A DNA stretch of 64,000 nt, taken from NCBI RefSeq assembly GCF_035944815.1, contig NZ_DASZAU010000006.1, positions 36,778 to 100,777 on the forward strand. Direction: 5' to 3'. The position numbers and the translations under genes were made by a program. The stretch's first letter is position 1, and each line of letters starts with the position of its first letter. A model generated the notes under the pieces. That model saw only the letters and a program-made list of their open reading frames with translations, was not told the origin of the DNA and did not search any database. Shown here piece after piece: positions 37,785-47,772 of the stretch. This DNA is from Sphingopyxis sp. Its GTDB lineage: Bacteria > Pseudomonadota > Alphaproteobacteria > Sphingomonadales > Sphingomonadaceae.

Positions 37785-38540
37785 CTAGTTGGTCGCGAGC
37801 CGCGCGACGGTATCGATCAGCAGCGCGATATCGGTATCGCGCGACAGGCGGTGGTCGCCGCCCTTGACCAGTGTCACCTGCACATCGTCGCTCGCGAGTG
37901 CGGCCGACAGGCGCAGGCTGATGTCGGGCGGCACATCGCCGTCCTTTTCGCCGTGGAGCAGGCGAACGGGGCAGGTGAGGGGGATTTCGGTATCGAGTAG
38001 CCGGTTCGCCTCACCCGACTGGAAAAAGCCGCGCGTCGTCACATAGGGCTGGTCGCTGTAGGGTGTCTCTTCGACCAGCGCGCCCTCGGCAAGGATGATC
38101 GCCTTTTCGGCTTCGCTGAAACCCCAGTCGGTGAAATCGGGCGCTGCCGCGATCCCGACGAGCCCCGCGACGCGGCCCGGCCCGTCGCGCTTGGCAAGCG
38201 CCAACGCGGTCAGCAGCATCAGCCAGCCGCCCATCGACGATCCGACGATCACGACTGGCCCCTCGGTCTTCGCATCGATCAGGTCGAGCACATCGCCGCG
38301 CCAGTCGAGCAAGGTCTGATCGGCGAACGATCCGTCCGACAGTCCGCACCCGGCATAGTCGAGCAGCAGGCAGGCTTGCCCTTCCGCCGCCGCCCAGTCG
38401 AACAGCGCGGTCGCCTTGCCGCCGGCCATGTCGGACATATAGCCGGGCAGGAAGGCGATCGTCGGGCCCGCGCCCAGCGTATAGCGGTAGGCGAGCCGGG
38501 GGCGGCCGGTGCGTTCGAGGAAATCGGGAGCGGCGTCCAC
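37785..38540 (-). CDS. alpha/beta hydrolase
   Basis: Nucleophile elbow GSSMGG. Track ORF trimmed to GTG 38540 because the upstream part overlaps a better ORF (38546..38800). Confidence 0.75.
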   Translation of the reverse strand: MDAAPDFLERTGRPRLAYRYTLGAGPTIAFLPGYMSDMAGGKATALFDWAAAEGQACLLLDYAGCGLSDGSFADQTLLDWRGDVLDLIDAKTEGPVVIVGSSMGGWLMLLTALALAKRDGPGRVAGLVGIAAAPDFTDWGFSEAEKAIILAEGALVEETPYSDQPYVTTRGFFQSGEANRLLDTEIPLTCPVRLLHGEKDGDVPPDISLRLSAALASDDVQVTLVKGGDHRLSRDTDIALLIDTVARLATN

Positions 38541-38545
38541 CGAGG

Positions 38546-38800
38546 TCAGATGACCCAGTCGATCGTGCTCATCTGCATGACGGCCTGCCCCTTGGCGCGC
38601 CGCTTTTCGACCATGATATGGTTGAGCCGCTGGATCGTGTCGCTGCCCGTGGTGATGCACCAGCCGGGGACGACCGCGTGCACGAGCGCGCACAGGCCGC
38701 CATAGATCATCGTCACACCGAATTTCGACGCGACGCCGAAATGCTCGATGTAATTTTCATCGACGCTCTTCGGATGGTCGACGAACAGGCGCTTGAACAT
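38546..38800 (-). CDS. small conserved hypothetical membrane protein (DUF6356-like)
   Basis: 84 aa. MFKRLFVDHPKSVDENYIEHFGVASKFGVTMIYGGLCALVHAVVPG resembles a small alphaproteobacterial family I recall as DUF6356. Confidence 0.6.
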   Translation of the reverse strand: MFKRLFVDHPKSVDENYIEHFGVASKFGVTMIYGGLCALVHAVVPGWCITTGSDTIQRLNHIMVEKRRAKGQAVMQMSTIDWVI

Positions 38801-38877
38801 GGTGACGGCTCCTTTCCGGCTGCCGTCGCCCTAGCGGGCGACCGTATCTCCCGCAACCCCGCCGCGCCGTCCCGCGC

Positions 38878-39828
38878 CTATTCGGCGAGGAAGTCGTCGA
38901 CGGCTTTCGCGAAAACCTCGGGCTGGTCGAGCATGATGAAATGGCGGCTTCCGGCTATCATTTGCGCCTTGAAGTGCGGGGTGCCGGCATATTGGGGCTC
39001 AAACGTCGCCCTTGCACGCTCCGCCGGCATCGCACTGTCGTCCTGCGCATAGAGCAAGGTCACGGGTGCCGACACCTTGGGTAACGCGGGGCGCATGTCG
39101 GTGGTCATCACGTCGTGCAGCACCTGTGCGGTCACGCGCGGATCGGCGCTTCGCATCCAGCCGGCGATGGCGATCCGGCCAGCGGGCGTGTTCGACATCG
39201 AGCCGACCATGCCGGCCGGACCCGGATCGGTCACCGGGCCTTCGGGGTGCGGCTGGCCATATTGCGCGCGCAGCATGGCCGCCATGCCGTCCGCTTGTGG
39301 CCGGATGGCATCGACGCCGGCGGCGCCGAACAAGGTCCCTATGAAGGGCAGGGCGTCGACGATCATCAGCCTGCCGACGCGGTCGGGCGCCTCGGCCGCG
39401 ACCATCAGCCCGGTCAGGCCGCCCATCGAATGGCCGATGATCGCTGGTGCGGGGCGATCCCGCGCGACGATGCAATCTTCGATGAAGCCGCGCACATCCT
39501 CGACCGCCGCGGGCAGCACCGGCCTTTCGGCATTGGGACCGGCATCGTCGCCGAAGCCGCGGATCTGGACGATATGGAGGCGATATTTGGTCTTCAGGCG
39601 CGCCGCGGTCGCCTCCCACACCGCGCTCGGCGTCGACAGGCCGGGGATCAGGATGACGTCGGGTCCCTGTCCTTCGTTCAGGATGGTCGCGGCGGTCCCC
39701 GGCGTCAGGTCGGCCGAACAGGCGCCTTCGCTGCGCGGAGCGGCGGCGGCATCGGCGCGGCCCGCGACCAAGGCGGCGGTCAGGATGAAGATGGCGGCGA
39801 CAGAGATGCGGTTTTTCACGTTGCTCAA
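38878..39828 (-). CDS. secreted alpha/beta hydrolase
   Basis: Signal peptide (SNVKNRISVAAIFILTAALVAGRADA) and nucleophile elbow GHSMGG. The TTG start overlaps the stop of the XRE gene; GTG 39819 is an alternative. Confidence 0.8.
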   Translation of the reverse strand: MSNVKNRISVAAIFILTAALVAGRADAAAAPRSEGACSADLTPGTAATILNEGQGPDVILIPGLSTPSAVWEATAARLKTKYRLHIVQIRGFGDDAGPNAERPVLPAAVEDVRGFIEDCIVARDRPAPAIIGHSMGGLTGLMVAAEAPDRVGRLMIVDALPFIGTLFGAAGVDAIRPQADGMAAMLRAQYGQPHPEGPVTDPGPAGMVGSMSNTPAGRIAIAGWMRSADPRVTAQVLHDVMTTDMRPALPKVSAPVTLLYAQDDSAMPAERARATFEPQYAGTPHFKAQMIAGSRHFIMLDQPEVFAKAVDDFLAE

Positions 39829-40016
39829 TCTCTCAGGAAAATCGCTTCGATCGGCAGGCCGAACAGGTCGGCGATGCGAAAGGCGAGGGGGAGGGAGGGA
39901 TCGTATTTGCCGGTCTCGATCGCATTGACCGACTGGCGCGACACTTCGAGCCGTTCGGCTAGATCCTGCTGGCTCCAGTCGCGTTCGGCGCGCAGCACCT
40001 TCAGCCGGTTCTTCAT
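39825..40016 (-). CDS. small XRE-family HTH transcriptional regulator
   Basis: 63 aa. MKNRLKVLRAERDWSQQDLAERLEVSRQSVNAIETGKYDPSLPLAFRIADLF is a classic short Cro/C1-type HTH. ATGA overlap with the upstream membrane-protein gene. Confidence 0.88.
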   Translation of the reverse strand: MKNRLKVLRAERDWSQQDLAERLEVSRQSVNAIETGKYDPSLPLAFRIADLFGLPIEAIFLRD

Positions 40017-40633
40017 GCGCGGTCCGTGCGCCGTTCGGCCGACGTCATGATCATCTGGCCCAGCCCGAGGCCGATCGCCCAGACCGGCACCACCCACCAG
40101 GCGGGCACATGCGGGGCGACGCCGAAGGTTTCCAGAAAACCCCAGAGCGTTCCGGCCAGCAATACGAGCGCGAGGCCGATCAGCGCGGCGCTGGTCTGGC
40201 GATAGCGCAGATATTCATCCTCTTCCTCGACCGCATAACGGGCCAGCACCCAGACGAAGAAGATCATCGGCAACGACGGCAGGATCGCGATCCCCCACAA
40301 TAGGGCGCCTTCCGGGGCGAGATAGTTGCGAACGGTCATCGCCGTCCCCAAGCACAGGACATAGGCGAGCGACCAGATCAGCATGCGCCGATTATATCGC
40401 CGTGTCGCCGGCGACAGGGCGCCGGCCGCAGCCTGCCGATTGTTCGCGGCCTTCGTTAGTGGAATGAGAAGTAGCGCCGCCGCTGCGACAAATGGCAGCG
40501 AACGCCAGCCGCCCAGAAAGCCGCGATACTCGCCATAGGCGATGGCGCACATCGCTACCGCAAAGGCGGCTGCCCACAAGCCCGGGTGGCGACCCGAGAA
40601 GCCGGTTTCAATTTTTGCAGCCTTCTCGGGCAT
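40013..40633 (-). CDS. hypothetical polytopic membrane protein (partner of the small XRE regulator)
   Basis: 206 aa with about 6 predicted TM helices. No family recognised. It is the first gene of a three-gene overlapping operon. Confidence 0.65.
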   Translation of the reverse strand: MPEKAAKIETGFSGRHPGLWAAAFAVAMCAIAYGEYRGFLGGWRSLPFVAAAALLLIPLTKAANNRQAAAGALSPATRRYNRRMLIWSLAYVLCLGTAMTVRNYLAPEGALLWGIAILPSLPMIFFVWVLARYAVEEEDEYLRYRQTSAALIGLALVLLAGTLWGFLETFGVAPHVPAWWVVPVWAIGLGLGQMIMTSAERRTDRA

Positions 40634-40639
40634 GTCAAA

Positions 40640-40664
40640 CTTCCTTATCTGATAGACAAGGAAG
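40640..40664 (-). promoter_or_regulatory. inverted repeat covering the Shine-Dalgarno of the membrane/XRE/hydrolase operon
   Basis: The minus strand reads TTGACT-16 nt-TGTAAA, then cttcctt-gtctatcagat-aaggaag-tttgac-ATG. The right arm aaggaag is the SD, and the 7-bp arms are perfect. Confidence 0.5.
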
Positions 40665-40930
40665 CTTTACATTGCTCGCAATCGGAGAGTCAAGTTTCAT
40701 TTACATAATGACAAGGGAGCTATTTGGCCGGGCAATCGGTCGGCTGGCCAGCCGATGCGGAACCAGCGTCTCGTCGGGATCGGCCATGCTGGTAACTCCA
40801 TTGGGGGAGGCTTATCTATGCAGGGCGGCGTCCCCGAAGACAAACAAACCCCGCTTCGCGCCCCTTGCGGCGGCGCAACATGGCTGGCAAAGGGGCGCGG
40901 CGATTTTGCGCAAGAAAGGCCGATTTTTCG

Positions 40931-42934
40931 ATGTCCCAGATGATCCGTGTCACCCTTCCCGATGGCTCTGCCCGTGAAGTCGTGCGCGGCACTACCGCGG
41001 CCGAGATTGCGGCCGACATCGGACCCGGCCTCGCGAAGGCCGCGCTCGCCGCAAAGATCGACGGCGAACTGCGCGACATCATGCGTCCGCTCGAGGAAGA
41101 TACGAACCTCGCGCTGGTGACGAGCCGCGACGAGGCCGACGCGCTCGAACTCTTCCGCCACGACTATGCGCATGTCCTCGCCGAGGCGGTGCAGAACCTG
41201 TTTCCGGGCACGCAGATCACCTTTGGCCCGTCGACGGGCGACGGCTTCTATTATGACTTCGCGCCGACCGCCGAACATGGCCCGTTCCGCGACGACGAAC
41301 TGCCGCTGATCGAGGAGGAGATGCGAAAGATCATCGCCGCCGATTTGCCGCTCACGCGCGAGGTCTGGGAGCGCGACAAGCTGATCGCCAAATGGCAGGC
41401 CGAGGGAGAGGCCTTCAAGGCCGAATGGGCCGCCGAACTGCCGCAGGGCGAAGAACTCACCGTCTATCGCAGCGGTGAGGGCTGGATGGACATGTGCCGC
41501 GGCCCGCATCTGGCCTCGACGGGCAAGCTCGACCCCGCTGCGTTCAAGCTGACGCGCGTGTCGGGTGCCTATTGGCGCGGCGACCAGAAGAATGCGCAGT
41601 TGTCGCGCATCTACGGCACCGGCTGGCTCAACAAGAAGCAGCTCGCCGAGCATCTCGTCCGGCTGGAGGAAGCCGCGAAGCGCGACCACCGCAAGATCGG
41701 CCGCGAGATGGACCTGTTCCATTTGCAGGAAGAGGCGCATGGCAGCGTCTTCTGGCACCCCAAGGGTTATCGCATCTACCGCGAGCTCGAGGCCTATATG
41801 CGCCGCGCGATCGACGGCGGCGGCTATGTCGAGGTCAAGACCCCGCAGGTGATGGACGCCAAGCAGTGGGAGCAGTCAGGCCACTGGGGCAAATATCGCG
41901 AGAATATGTTCGTCATCCCCGACGAGGTGCCGAACATCGAGGACGAAGGCCCGATCGTGTCCGACGGTGCCGAGTGGATGGCATTGAAGCCGATGAACTG
42001 TCCCGCGCATGTCCTGATCTTCCGCCAGGGGATGAAGTCGTATCGCGACCTGCCGCTGCGCATGGCCGAAATGGGCTGCTGCCACCGCAACGAGCCGCAT
42101 GGCGCGCTGCACGGCATCATGCGCGTGCGCCAGTTCACGCAGGACGACGGCCATATCTTCTGCCGCGAGGACCAGATCGTCGAGGAAGTGCGTGCCTTCT
42201 GTCAGCTGCTCGACCGCGTCTACCGTGAACTCGGCTTCGAGAAATATGCGGTGAAGCTTGCGCTGCGACCCGAAAAGCGTTTCGGCACCGAAGAGATGTG
42301 GGACAAGGCCGAGGCGGAACTGCGCGAAGCCGTCCAGCGCGCGGGCATGGCGAACGACGATTATGGCTGGGAAGAATTGCCGGGCGAAGGTGCTTTCTAT
42401 GCGCCCAAGCTCGAATTCCACCTGACCGACGCGATCGGCCGCACTTGGCAGTGCGGGACGATCCAGTCCGACCGCGTGATGCCCGAACGGCTAGACGCGA
42501 GCTATATCGGCGAGGATGGGGAGCGCCACCGCCCGGTGATGCTCCACCGCGCGATCCTCGGCACCTATGAGCGCTTCATCGGCATATTGATCGAGCATTT
42601 CGCGGGTCGTTTCCCGACCTGGCTCGCGCCGGTGCAGGCGGTCGTCGCCACAATCGTCAGCGATGCTGACGCTTATGCCAAGGACGCGGTGGCGCAGCTC
42701 ACGGCGGCGGGCATTCGCGCCGAAAGCGACGTTCGCAACGAGAAGATCAACTACAAGGTTCGCGAACACAGCCTCGCCAAGGTTCCGTACCTGCTCGTCG
42801 TAGGCAATCGCGAGGCCGAAGAAGGCACCGTCGCGATCCGTACCCTCGGGCAGGACGGCCAGCGGATCATGCCGCTCGCCGAAGCGATCGCGATGCTGAA
42901 GGGTGAGGCGACCCCGCCCGACCTGCGCAGTTGA
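40931..42934 (+). CDS. thrS: threonine-tRNA ligase
   Basis: Trimmed to ATG 40931. TGS domain ([13 protein letters not shown]), an editing domain, and class II motifs ([27 protein letters not shown]). Confidence 0.95.
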   Translation: MSQMIRVTLPDGSAREVVRGTTAAEIAADIGPGLAKAALAAKIDGELRDIMRPLEEDTNLALVTSRDEADALELFRHDYAHVLAEAVQNLFPGTQITFGPSTGDGFYYDFAPTAEHGPFRDDELPLIEEEMRKIIAADLPLTREVWERDKLIAKWQAEGEAFKAEWAAELPQGEELTVYRSGEGWMDMCRGPHLASTGKLDPAAFKLTRVSGAYWRGDQKNAQLSRIYGTGWLNKKQLAEHLVRLEEAAKRDHRKIGREMDLFHLQEEAHGSVFWHPKGYRIYRELEAYMRRAIDGGGYVEVKTPQVMDAKQWEQSGHWGKYRENMFVIPDEVPNIEDEGPIVSDGAEWMALKPMNCPAHVLIFRQGMKSYRDLPLRMAEMGCCHRNEPHGALHGIMRVRQFTQDDGHIFCREDQIVEEVRAFCQLLDRVYRELGFEKYAVKLALRPEKRFGTEEMWDKAEAELREAVQRAGMANDDYGWEELPGEGAFYAPKLEFHLTDAIGRTWQCGTIQSDRVMPERLDASYIGEDGERHRPVMLHRAILGTYERFIGILIEHFAGRFPTWLAPVQAVVATIVSDADAYAKDAVAQLTAAGIRAESDVRNEKINYKVREHSLAKVPYLLVVGNREAEEGTVAIRTLGQDGQRIMPLAEAIAMLKGEATPPDLRS

Positions 42935-43797
42935 TCGCGTCCGAGAAGCGTCGCCCGCGCCGATGGGGTCGCTGGCTGTTGTTGCTGGCGCTCGCCGGTG
43001 CGGCGCTTCTCGCCAGGGGCTATTGGAACGCGACGCGCGATCCGCTGATCCGCAGCGCAAGCGTCGAGGTTGGTGACTGGCCCGCGGGACAGGCGCCGCT
43101 CAAACTTCTGCTGCTGTCGGATATCCACGTCGCGGGCCCCGACATGCCGCCCGAGAGGCTCGAACGCATTGTTCGCAACCTCAACCGGCTGAAGCCTGAC
43201 CTCGTCCTGATCGCGGGCGACCTCGTCAGCGAAAAGCGCAGCGCGACGCATATCTATACGCCGGCAGAGGTCGTCGCGCCGCTGGGCGGGCTGAAGGCGC
43301 CGCTCGGCGTCGTCGTCGCGCCGGGCAATCACGATCATTGGTTCCGGCCCGACGCGCTGCGCGGCGAACTTGAAAAGCGCGGACTTCGCGTCCTGCAAAA
43401 TGAGGCCGTGAAGCTCGGCCCGCTCGTCGTCGGCGGGGTCGACGACGATTATTCGGGGCATGACGATGTTCCCGCGACCTTCGCCGCGATGGACCGGCTC
43501 GGCCCCGGCGTGCCGCTGCTCCTGACGCACAGCCCCGATGTCGTGCCCGACCTGCCGCGGCCGGTCGCGGCGGTGTTCGCAGGGCACACGCATTGCGGCC
43601 AGATCCGCTTTCCCTTCCTTGGCGCGCTGACCTATGTTTCGCGCTACGGCGACCGCTTCGCTTGCGGCGATATCGCCGACGAAGGCCAGCGCGTCTTCGT
43701 CGGAGCGGGGCTCGGGACAAGCATCCTGCCGCTGCGTTTCAACACGCCGCCCGATGCCTGGCTGATCACCCTGAAACCGAAGGTCGCAGCGAGATGA
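42931..43797 (+). CDS. metallophosphoesterase (membrane-anchored)
   Basis: [19 protein letters not shown] and GHTHCGQ motifs. The TTG start overlaps the thrS stop. Confidence 0.8.
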   Translation: MIASEKRRPRRWGRWLLLLALAGAALLARGYWNATRDPLIRSASVEVGDWPAGQAPLKLLLLSDIHVAGPDMPPERLERIVRNLNRLKPDLVLIAGDLVSEKRSATHIYTPAEVVAPLGGLKAPLGVVVAPGNHDHWFRPDALRGELEKRGLRVLQNEAVKLGPLVVGGVDDDYSGHDDVPATFAAMDRLGPGVPLLLTHSPDVVPDLPRPVAAVFAGHTHCGQIRFPFLGALTYVSRYGDRFACGDIADEGQRVFVGAGLGTSILPLRFNTPPDAWLITLKPKVAAR

Positions 43798-44555
43798 CCA
43801 GCCTCCAGCAACTCGTCGGCCTCGCGCCGCTGACCGTCGCGGGCGCGGCGGCGATGACCTTCGGCGCGGCCTATGTGCGGGGGCTCACCGGCTTCGGCAT
43901 GGCGATCATTCTCGTGCCGCTGCTCGGGCTGATCATCGCTCCCGGCGAGGCGGTGGTGCTTGGCATCCTGCTGCAACTGCTGATCGGCCCGGTCGGGCTC
44001 AAGGTCATTTTGGCCGACGCCGATCGCAGCACCGCGATCCCGATCGCGCTGCTTGCGATGCTCGCGACGCCGGCCGGCATGGTGGCGCTGCACGCGACGA
44101 CGCCCGATGTCGCGCGGCTGCTGATCACGCTGATCGCGGTCGGCGCCTTCGTCGCGGTACTGCTGCCCAAACAGCCCGAGGGCCATCGCCCCGGCCGCGT
44201 CGCGGTTGCGGGGACGGGAATCGTGTCGGGCATATTGACGGGCTTCGCGGCAATGCCGGGACCGCCGGTTGTGCCCTTCTACCTCCGCCGCCATCTCGAG
44301 CCCAAGGTCGCGCGCGCGTCGATGATGCTCATCTTTTTCGCCACCGCGATCGCGGGGACGCTCGCCGCGCTCTGGGTCGGGATCGCGACGGCGAGGCTCT
44401 TCATCCTGTCGCTGATCCTCTTCCTGCCGATGTGGTTCGGCAACCGGATCGGCGGGCGCCATTTCGGCAGCGTCGCGCCGCATGTTTGGCAGGCGATGGT
44501 CGCGGTCGTTCTTGGCGTCGCGGCGGTCTCGGCGGTGATCCGGATCCTGACCTAA
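43794..44555 (+). CDS. TauE/SafE (TSUP) family anion exporter
   Basis: Trimmed to ATG 43794 (ATGA overlap). Polytopic, with YVRGLTGFGMAIILVPLL, the TSUP signature. Confidence 0.8.
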   Translation: MTSLQQLVGLAPLTVAGAAAMTFGAAYVRGLTGFGMAIILVPLLGLIIAPGEAVVLGILLQLLIGPVGLKVILADADRSTAIPIALLAMLATPAGMVALHATTPDVARLLITLIAVGAFVAVLLPKQPEGHRPGRVAVAGTGIVSGILTGFAAMPGPPVVPFYLRRHLEPKVARASMMLIFFATAIAGTLAALWVGIATARLFILSLILFLPMWFGNRIGGRHFGSVAPHVWQAMVAVVLGVAAVSAVIRILT

Positions 44556-47053
44556 AGGCTGCGCAGCGCCTGCGCGGGTTTCGCCGAGAGCAGGGGCCAG
44601 CTGCCTGCAATCCCGATCAGGAAGGACAGACCCGCGCCGCCGAGCAGGGTCAGCCCGACGATCAGCGGATCGGGAGCGAAGTCGAACTCGAACAGCTGCG
44701 TCACGACATACCAGGCGCCCGCGAGCCCCAGCCCGAGCGCGAGCACCGCAAGAATGCCCGCGAGCACCGCATATTCCATGCCCTGCGCGCCCAAAATCTG
44801 TCCGCGCGTCGCGCCGAGCAATTTCAGGATGACGCTGTCGTACACGCGCCGCTCGCGGCTCGCGGCGATCGCACCGATCAGCACGGCGATCCCGGCGAGG
44901 ATCGCGATGCTGGCGGCGGCCGCGATCGCCTGGCTCATCTGCGTCAGCAAGGTCGTGACCTGCGACACCACGTCGCGCACCGCGATCAGCGACGCCGACG
45001 GGAAGGCGCGCGGAATGCTGCGTGACAGGGCAGTTTCGGCTTCGGGGCCGACCGCGACCGTCGCGACCATGTTATGCGGCGCCGCGTCGAAGGTTCCGGG
45101 CGAAAAGACGAGCACATAGTTGAGCCCGAAATTGTCCCAGTTGACGGTACGGAACGAGGCGACCTTCGCCTGCACCTCGACCCCCAGCACATTGACCGAC
45201 AGCGTGTCGCCCAGTTTCAGGCCGAGCGAGGTTGCGACCTCCTGCTCGACGCTCACCAGCGGCGGCCCCTTGTAATCGGCCGCCCACCACTGGCCGCTGA
45301 CGAGTTCGCTGCCGTTCGGCAACACTGGGCTGTACGTCAGCCCGCGGTCGCCGCGCAGCACCCATGCGCCCTCGGGCAGTTCGGCCAACTCGTCGACGCG
45401 CTGGCCGGCAAATTCGGTGACGCTGCCGCGCAATGCGGGGATCATGTTGATCTCGGCTTTTGCGTCGGCGCCTTTCACCATTGTCTGGAAGCGCGTGCTC
45501 TCGGTGCGCGGCACGTCGAGCACGAAGAAACTCGGCGCGCGCTGTGGCACGGTCGAACGGATTTCGGCGGTGATGCTCGTCTGGATCGCCGCAAGCGTCA
45601 CGAACAGCGTCAGGCCCAACCCGAGCGCGACGACGAGCGCACCCGTCGCAGCGCCGGGACGGTGGAGGTTCGCGAGCGCGAGACGGAAGAGGGGACGCTT
45701 GGGGCGCGGCAAGCGGCTCGCGGTGCGGCGGACCAGCCAGCCGAGCCCGACGAGGATGAGCAGCAGGCCGATCGCGGCCCCGATGAAGCCGAGCGCGAAC
45801 AAGGGCTCGCGCGCGGTGCCGACCGCGAGCGCGATGATCGCGGCGAGTGCGGCGGCGACTGCGAGCACGGTCTGGCGGTCGACCCGTGCCGCGCCGCTCA
45901 CCGTCGCGCGATAGAGCCCGGCGGCGGGAACATGGCGTGTCGCGGCGAGCGGTGGCAGGGCGAAGGCGATGGCGATCAGCAGGCCATAGGCGGCGCTGAC
46001 CGCCAGCGGCAGCGGATAGATGGACACGCCGGGTTTGACGGGCAGAACATCGCCCGCAATTGCGCCGATGATCGCGGGCGCGAGCGCGCCGACGATCAGG
46101 CCTGCGATAATGGACACCGCTGCGACCGGGAGAATTTGCAGGCCATAGATGCGCGCCACCGTGGCGCTGTCGGCACCGAGCACCTTCAGCGTCGCAAGGC
46201 CGGGGCGCTTGCCCGCGAGATAGCTTGCGACGCCGTTGCCGACGCCGATGCCGGCGATCACCAGGGCCGCGAGCCCGACGAGCGACAGGAACTGCCCCAT
46301 CCGCTCGATGAAGCGCCGCGTGCCGGGCGCGCCGTTGCTGCTGTCGGTGATGTCCCAGCCGGCTTCGGGGAATTCGGCGGTCAGCGCCTTGCCGACGGCT
46401 TCGGGGTTCGCGCTTTCGGGCAGGCGGACGCGATATTTGCTTTCGTACAGGCTGCCCGGCTGGATCAGCTGCGTCGCGGGCAGGTCGGCAAGGCCGATGA
46501 TCGCGACGGGGCCGAGCGTGAAGCCTTCGCCGAGCCGGTCGGGTTCCTCGGCGATCACGCCGTCGATCAGGAAGCTTTTTTCGCCGAACTTTACGCGCTC
46601 GCCGACCTTCAGCTCGAGCCGCGAGGCAAGGTCCTTGCCGATCCAGATGCTGCCCGGCGGCGGCGGGCCTTGGCGCGCGCCGCTCTCCAGCCGCATTGTG
46701 CCATAGAGGGGGTAGGCGCCATCGACGGCCTTCAGCTCGGACAGCAGAGCCTCGCCGTCGGGATCGTTCGCCATCGCGCGCAGCCGCACGGTGGCCGAGG
46801 GCGCGCCGACGCGGCGAAAGCCCGCCATCTCCTCGGCGGTCGCCTCGCGCTGCGGCAGGCTGAATTCGATATCGCCGCCGAGGATCGTCTGCCCGCGCAC
46901 TTCGAGTTCGGAGGTGATCCCGCGCGTCAGGCTGCCGATCGCGGCGAGCGTCGCGACGCCGAGGAACAGGCAGACCGCGAGCAGGCGCAGGCCCCGGATC
47001 CGCGTCGCAAGGTCGCGGCGCGCGATCCGCCAGAGGGAGGCGAGCGGCAGCAC
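44552..47053 (-). CDS. FtsX-domain ABC transporter permease (YbbP-like)
   Basis: 833 aa, GTG start, with two FtsX-type 4-TM modules separated by large periplasmic domains. It abuts the ATPase gene. Confidence 0.85.
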   Translation of the reverse strand: MLPLASLWRIARRDLATRIRGLRLLAVCLFLGVATLAAIGSLTRGITSELEVRGQTILGGDIEFSLPQREATAEEMAGFRRVGAPSATVRLRAMANDPDGEALLSELKAVDGAYPLYGTMRLESGARQGPPPPGSIWIGKDLASRLELKVGERVKFGEKSFLIDGVIAEEPDRLGEGFTLGPVAIIGLADLPATQLIQPGSLYESKYRVRLPESANPEAVGKALTAEFPEAGWDITDSSNGAPGTRRFIERMGQFLSLVGLAALVIAGIGVGNGVASYLAGKRPGLATLKVLGADSATVARIYGLQILPVAAVSIIAGLIVGALAPAIIGAIAGDVLPVKPGVSIYPLPLAVSAAYGLLIAIAFALPPLAATRHVPAAGLYRATVSGAARVDRQTVLAVAAALAAIIALAVGTAREPLFALGFIGAAIGLLLILVGLGWLVRRTASRLPRPKRPLFRLALANLHRPGAATGALVVALGLGLTLFVTLAAIQTSITAEIRSTVPQRAPSFFVLDVPRTESTRFQTMVKGADAKAEINMIPALRGSVTEFAGQRVDELAELPEGAWVLRGDRGLTYSPVLPNGSELVSGQWWAADYKGPPLVSVEQEVATSLGLKLGDTLSVNVLGVEVQAKVASFRTVNWDNFGLNYVLVFSPGTFDAAPHNMVATVAVGPEAETALSRSIPRAFPSASLIAVRDVVSQVTTLLTQMSQAIAAAASIAILAGIAVLIGAIAASRERRVYDSVILKLLGATRGQILGAQGMEYAVLAGILAVLALGLGLAGAWYVVTQLFEFDFAPDPLIVGLTLLGGAGLSFLIGIAGSWPLLSAKPAQALRSL

Positions 47054-47725
47054 CTAGGCGGCCCGCTCTTCGATCTTGCCGTCGTGCATCACGACGACGC
47101 GGTCGCAATGTTCGGCGAGTTCGGGGTCGTGGGTGATGATCAAGAGCGTCGCGCCGAGCGCGGCACGGCGTGCGAAGATCAGCTCGATGATCGACTGGCC
47201 GGTCGCGGTGTCGAGATTGCCCGTCGGCTCATCGGCAAAGATGATCGCGGGCGAGCTTGCCATCGCGCGGGCGATCGCGACGCGTTGCTGCTCGCCGCCC
47301 GAAAGCTGCGCGGGGTAATGCGTCAGGCGGTGCCCGAGCCCGACGGCTTCGAGTTCGGCGGCGGCGCGGCCGAAGGGATCGGCGATCCCGGCGAGTTCGA
47401 GCGGCACCGCGACATTTTCGAGGGCGGTCATCGTGGGGAGCAGGTGGAAGGCCTGCAGCACGATACCGATGCGGCCGCGACGCGCGCGCGCCAGATCATC
47501 CTCGTCCATCGTGGCGAAATCGAGCCCCGCGACGTTGATGCTGCCGCCATTGGCGCGTTCGAGCCCGGCGAGCACCGCCATCAGCGAGCTTTTGCCCGAA
47601 CCCGAGGGGCCGAGCAGCGCGACCGAGGTGCCGGCTTCGACTTCGAGGTCGACGCCGCGTAAAATTTCAACCGGGGCCTTGTCGCTTCCGAGCGTGAGCG
47701 TCACATTATGGGCGGCGATCGCCAC
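47054..47725 (-). CDS. ABC transporter ATP-binding protein (YbbA/LolD-like)
   Basis: Walker [10 protein letters not shown], signature [14 protein letters not shown] and Walker [13 protein letters not shown]. The start is trimmed to GTG 47725 (TTG 47755 possible), because the longer track ORF overlaps the divergent tesA-like gene. Confidence 0.88.
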   Translation of the reverse strand: MAIAAHNVTLTLGSDKAPVEILRGVDLEVEAGTSVALLGPSGSGKSSLMAVLAGLERANGGSINVAGLDFATMDEDDLARARRGRIGIVLQAFHLLPTMTALENVAVPLELAGIADPFGRAAAELEAVGLGHRLTHYPAQLSGGEQQRVAIARAMASSPAIIFADEPTGNLDTATGQSIIELIFARRAALGATLLIITHDPELAEHCDRVVVMHDGKIEERAA

Positions 47726-47772
47726 GTTCGGCGATTGTCGTTGGGCGTCGGGCAAGGAGAGGACCCTTTGAA

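Noticed and set aside
40697-41758. 353-aa minus-strand ORF
   Set aside because: It is antisense to the 5' half of thrS, so it is a shadow ORF.
45074-47662. 862-aa plus-strand ORF (and the 678-aa minus-strand ORF 45072..47108 in another frame) over the ABC permease/ATPase genes
   Set aside because: These are shadow ORFs of the FtsX permease and ATPase genes. Their composition is dominated by R/D/G/A/E, they cross the boundary of two real genes, and no motifs are present.
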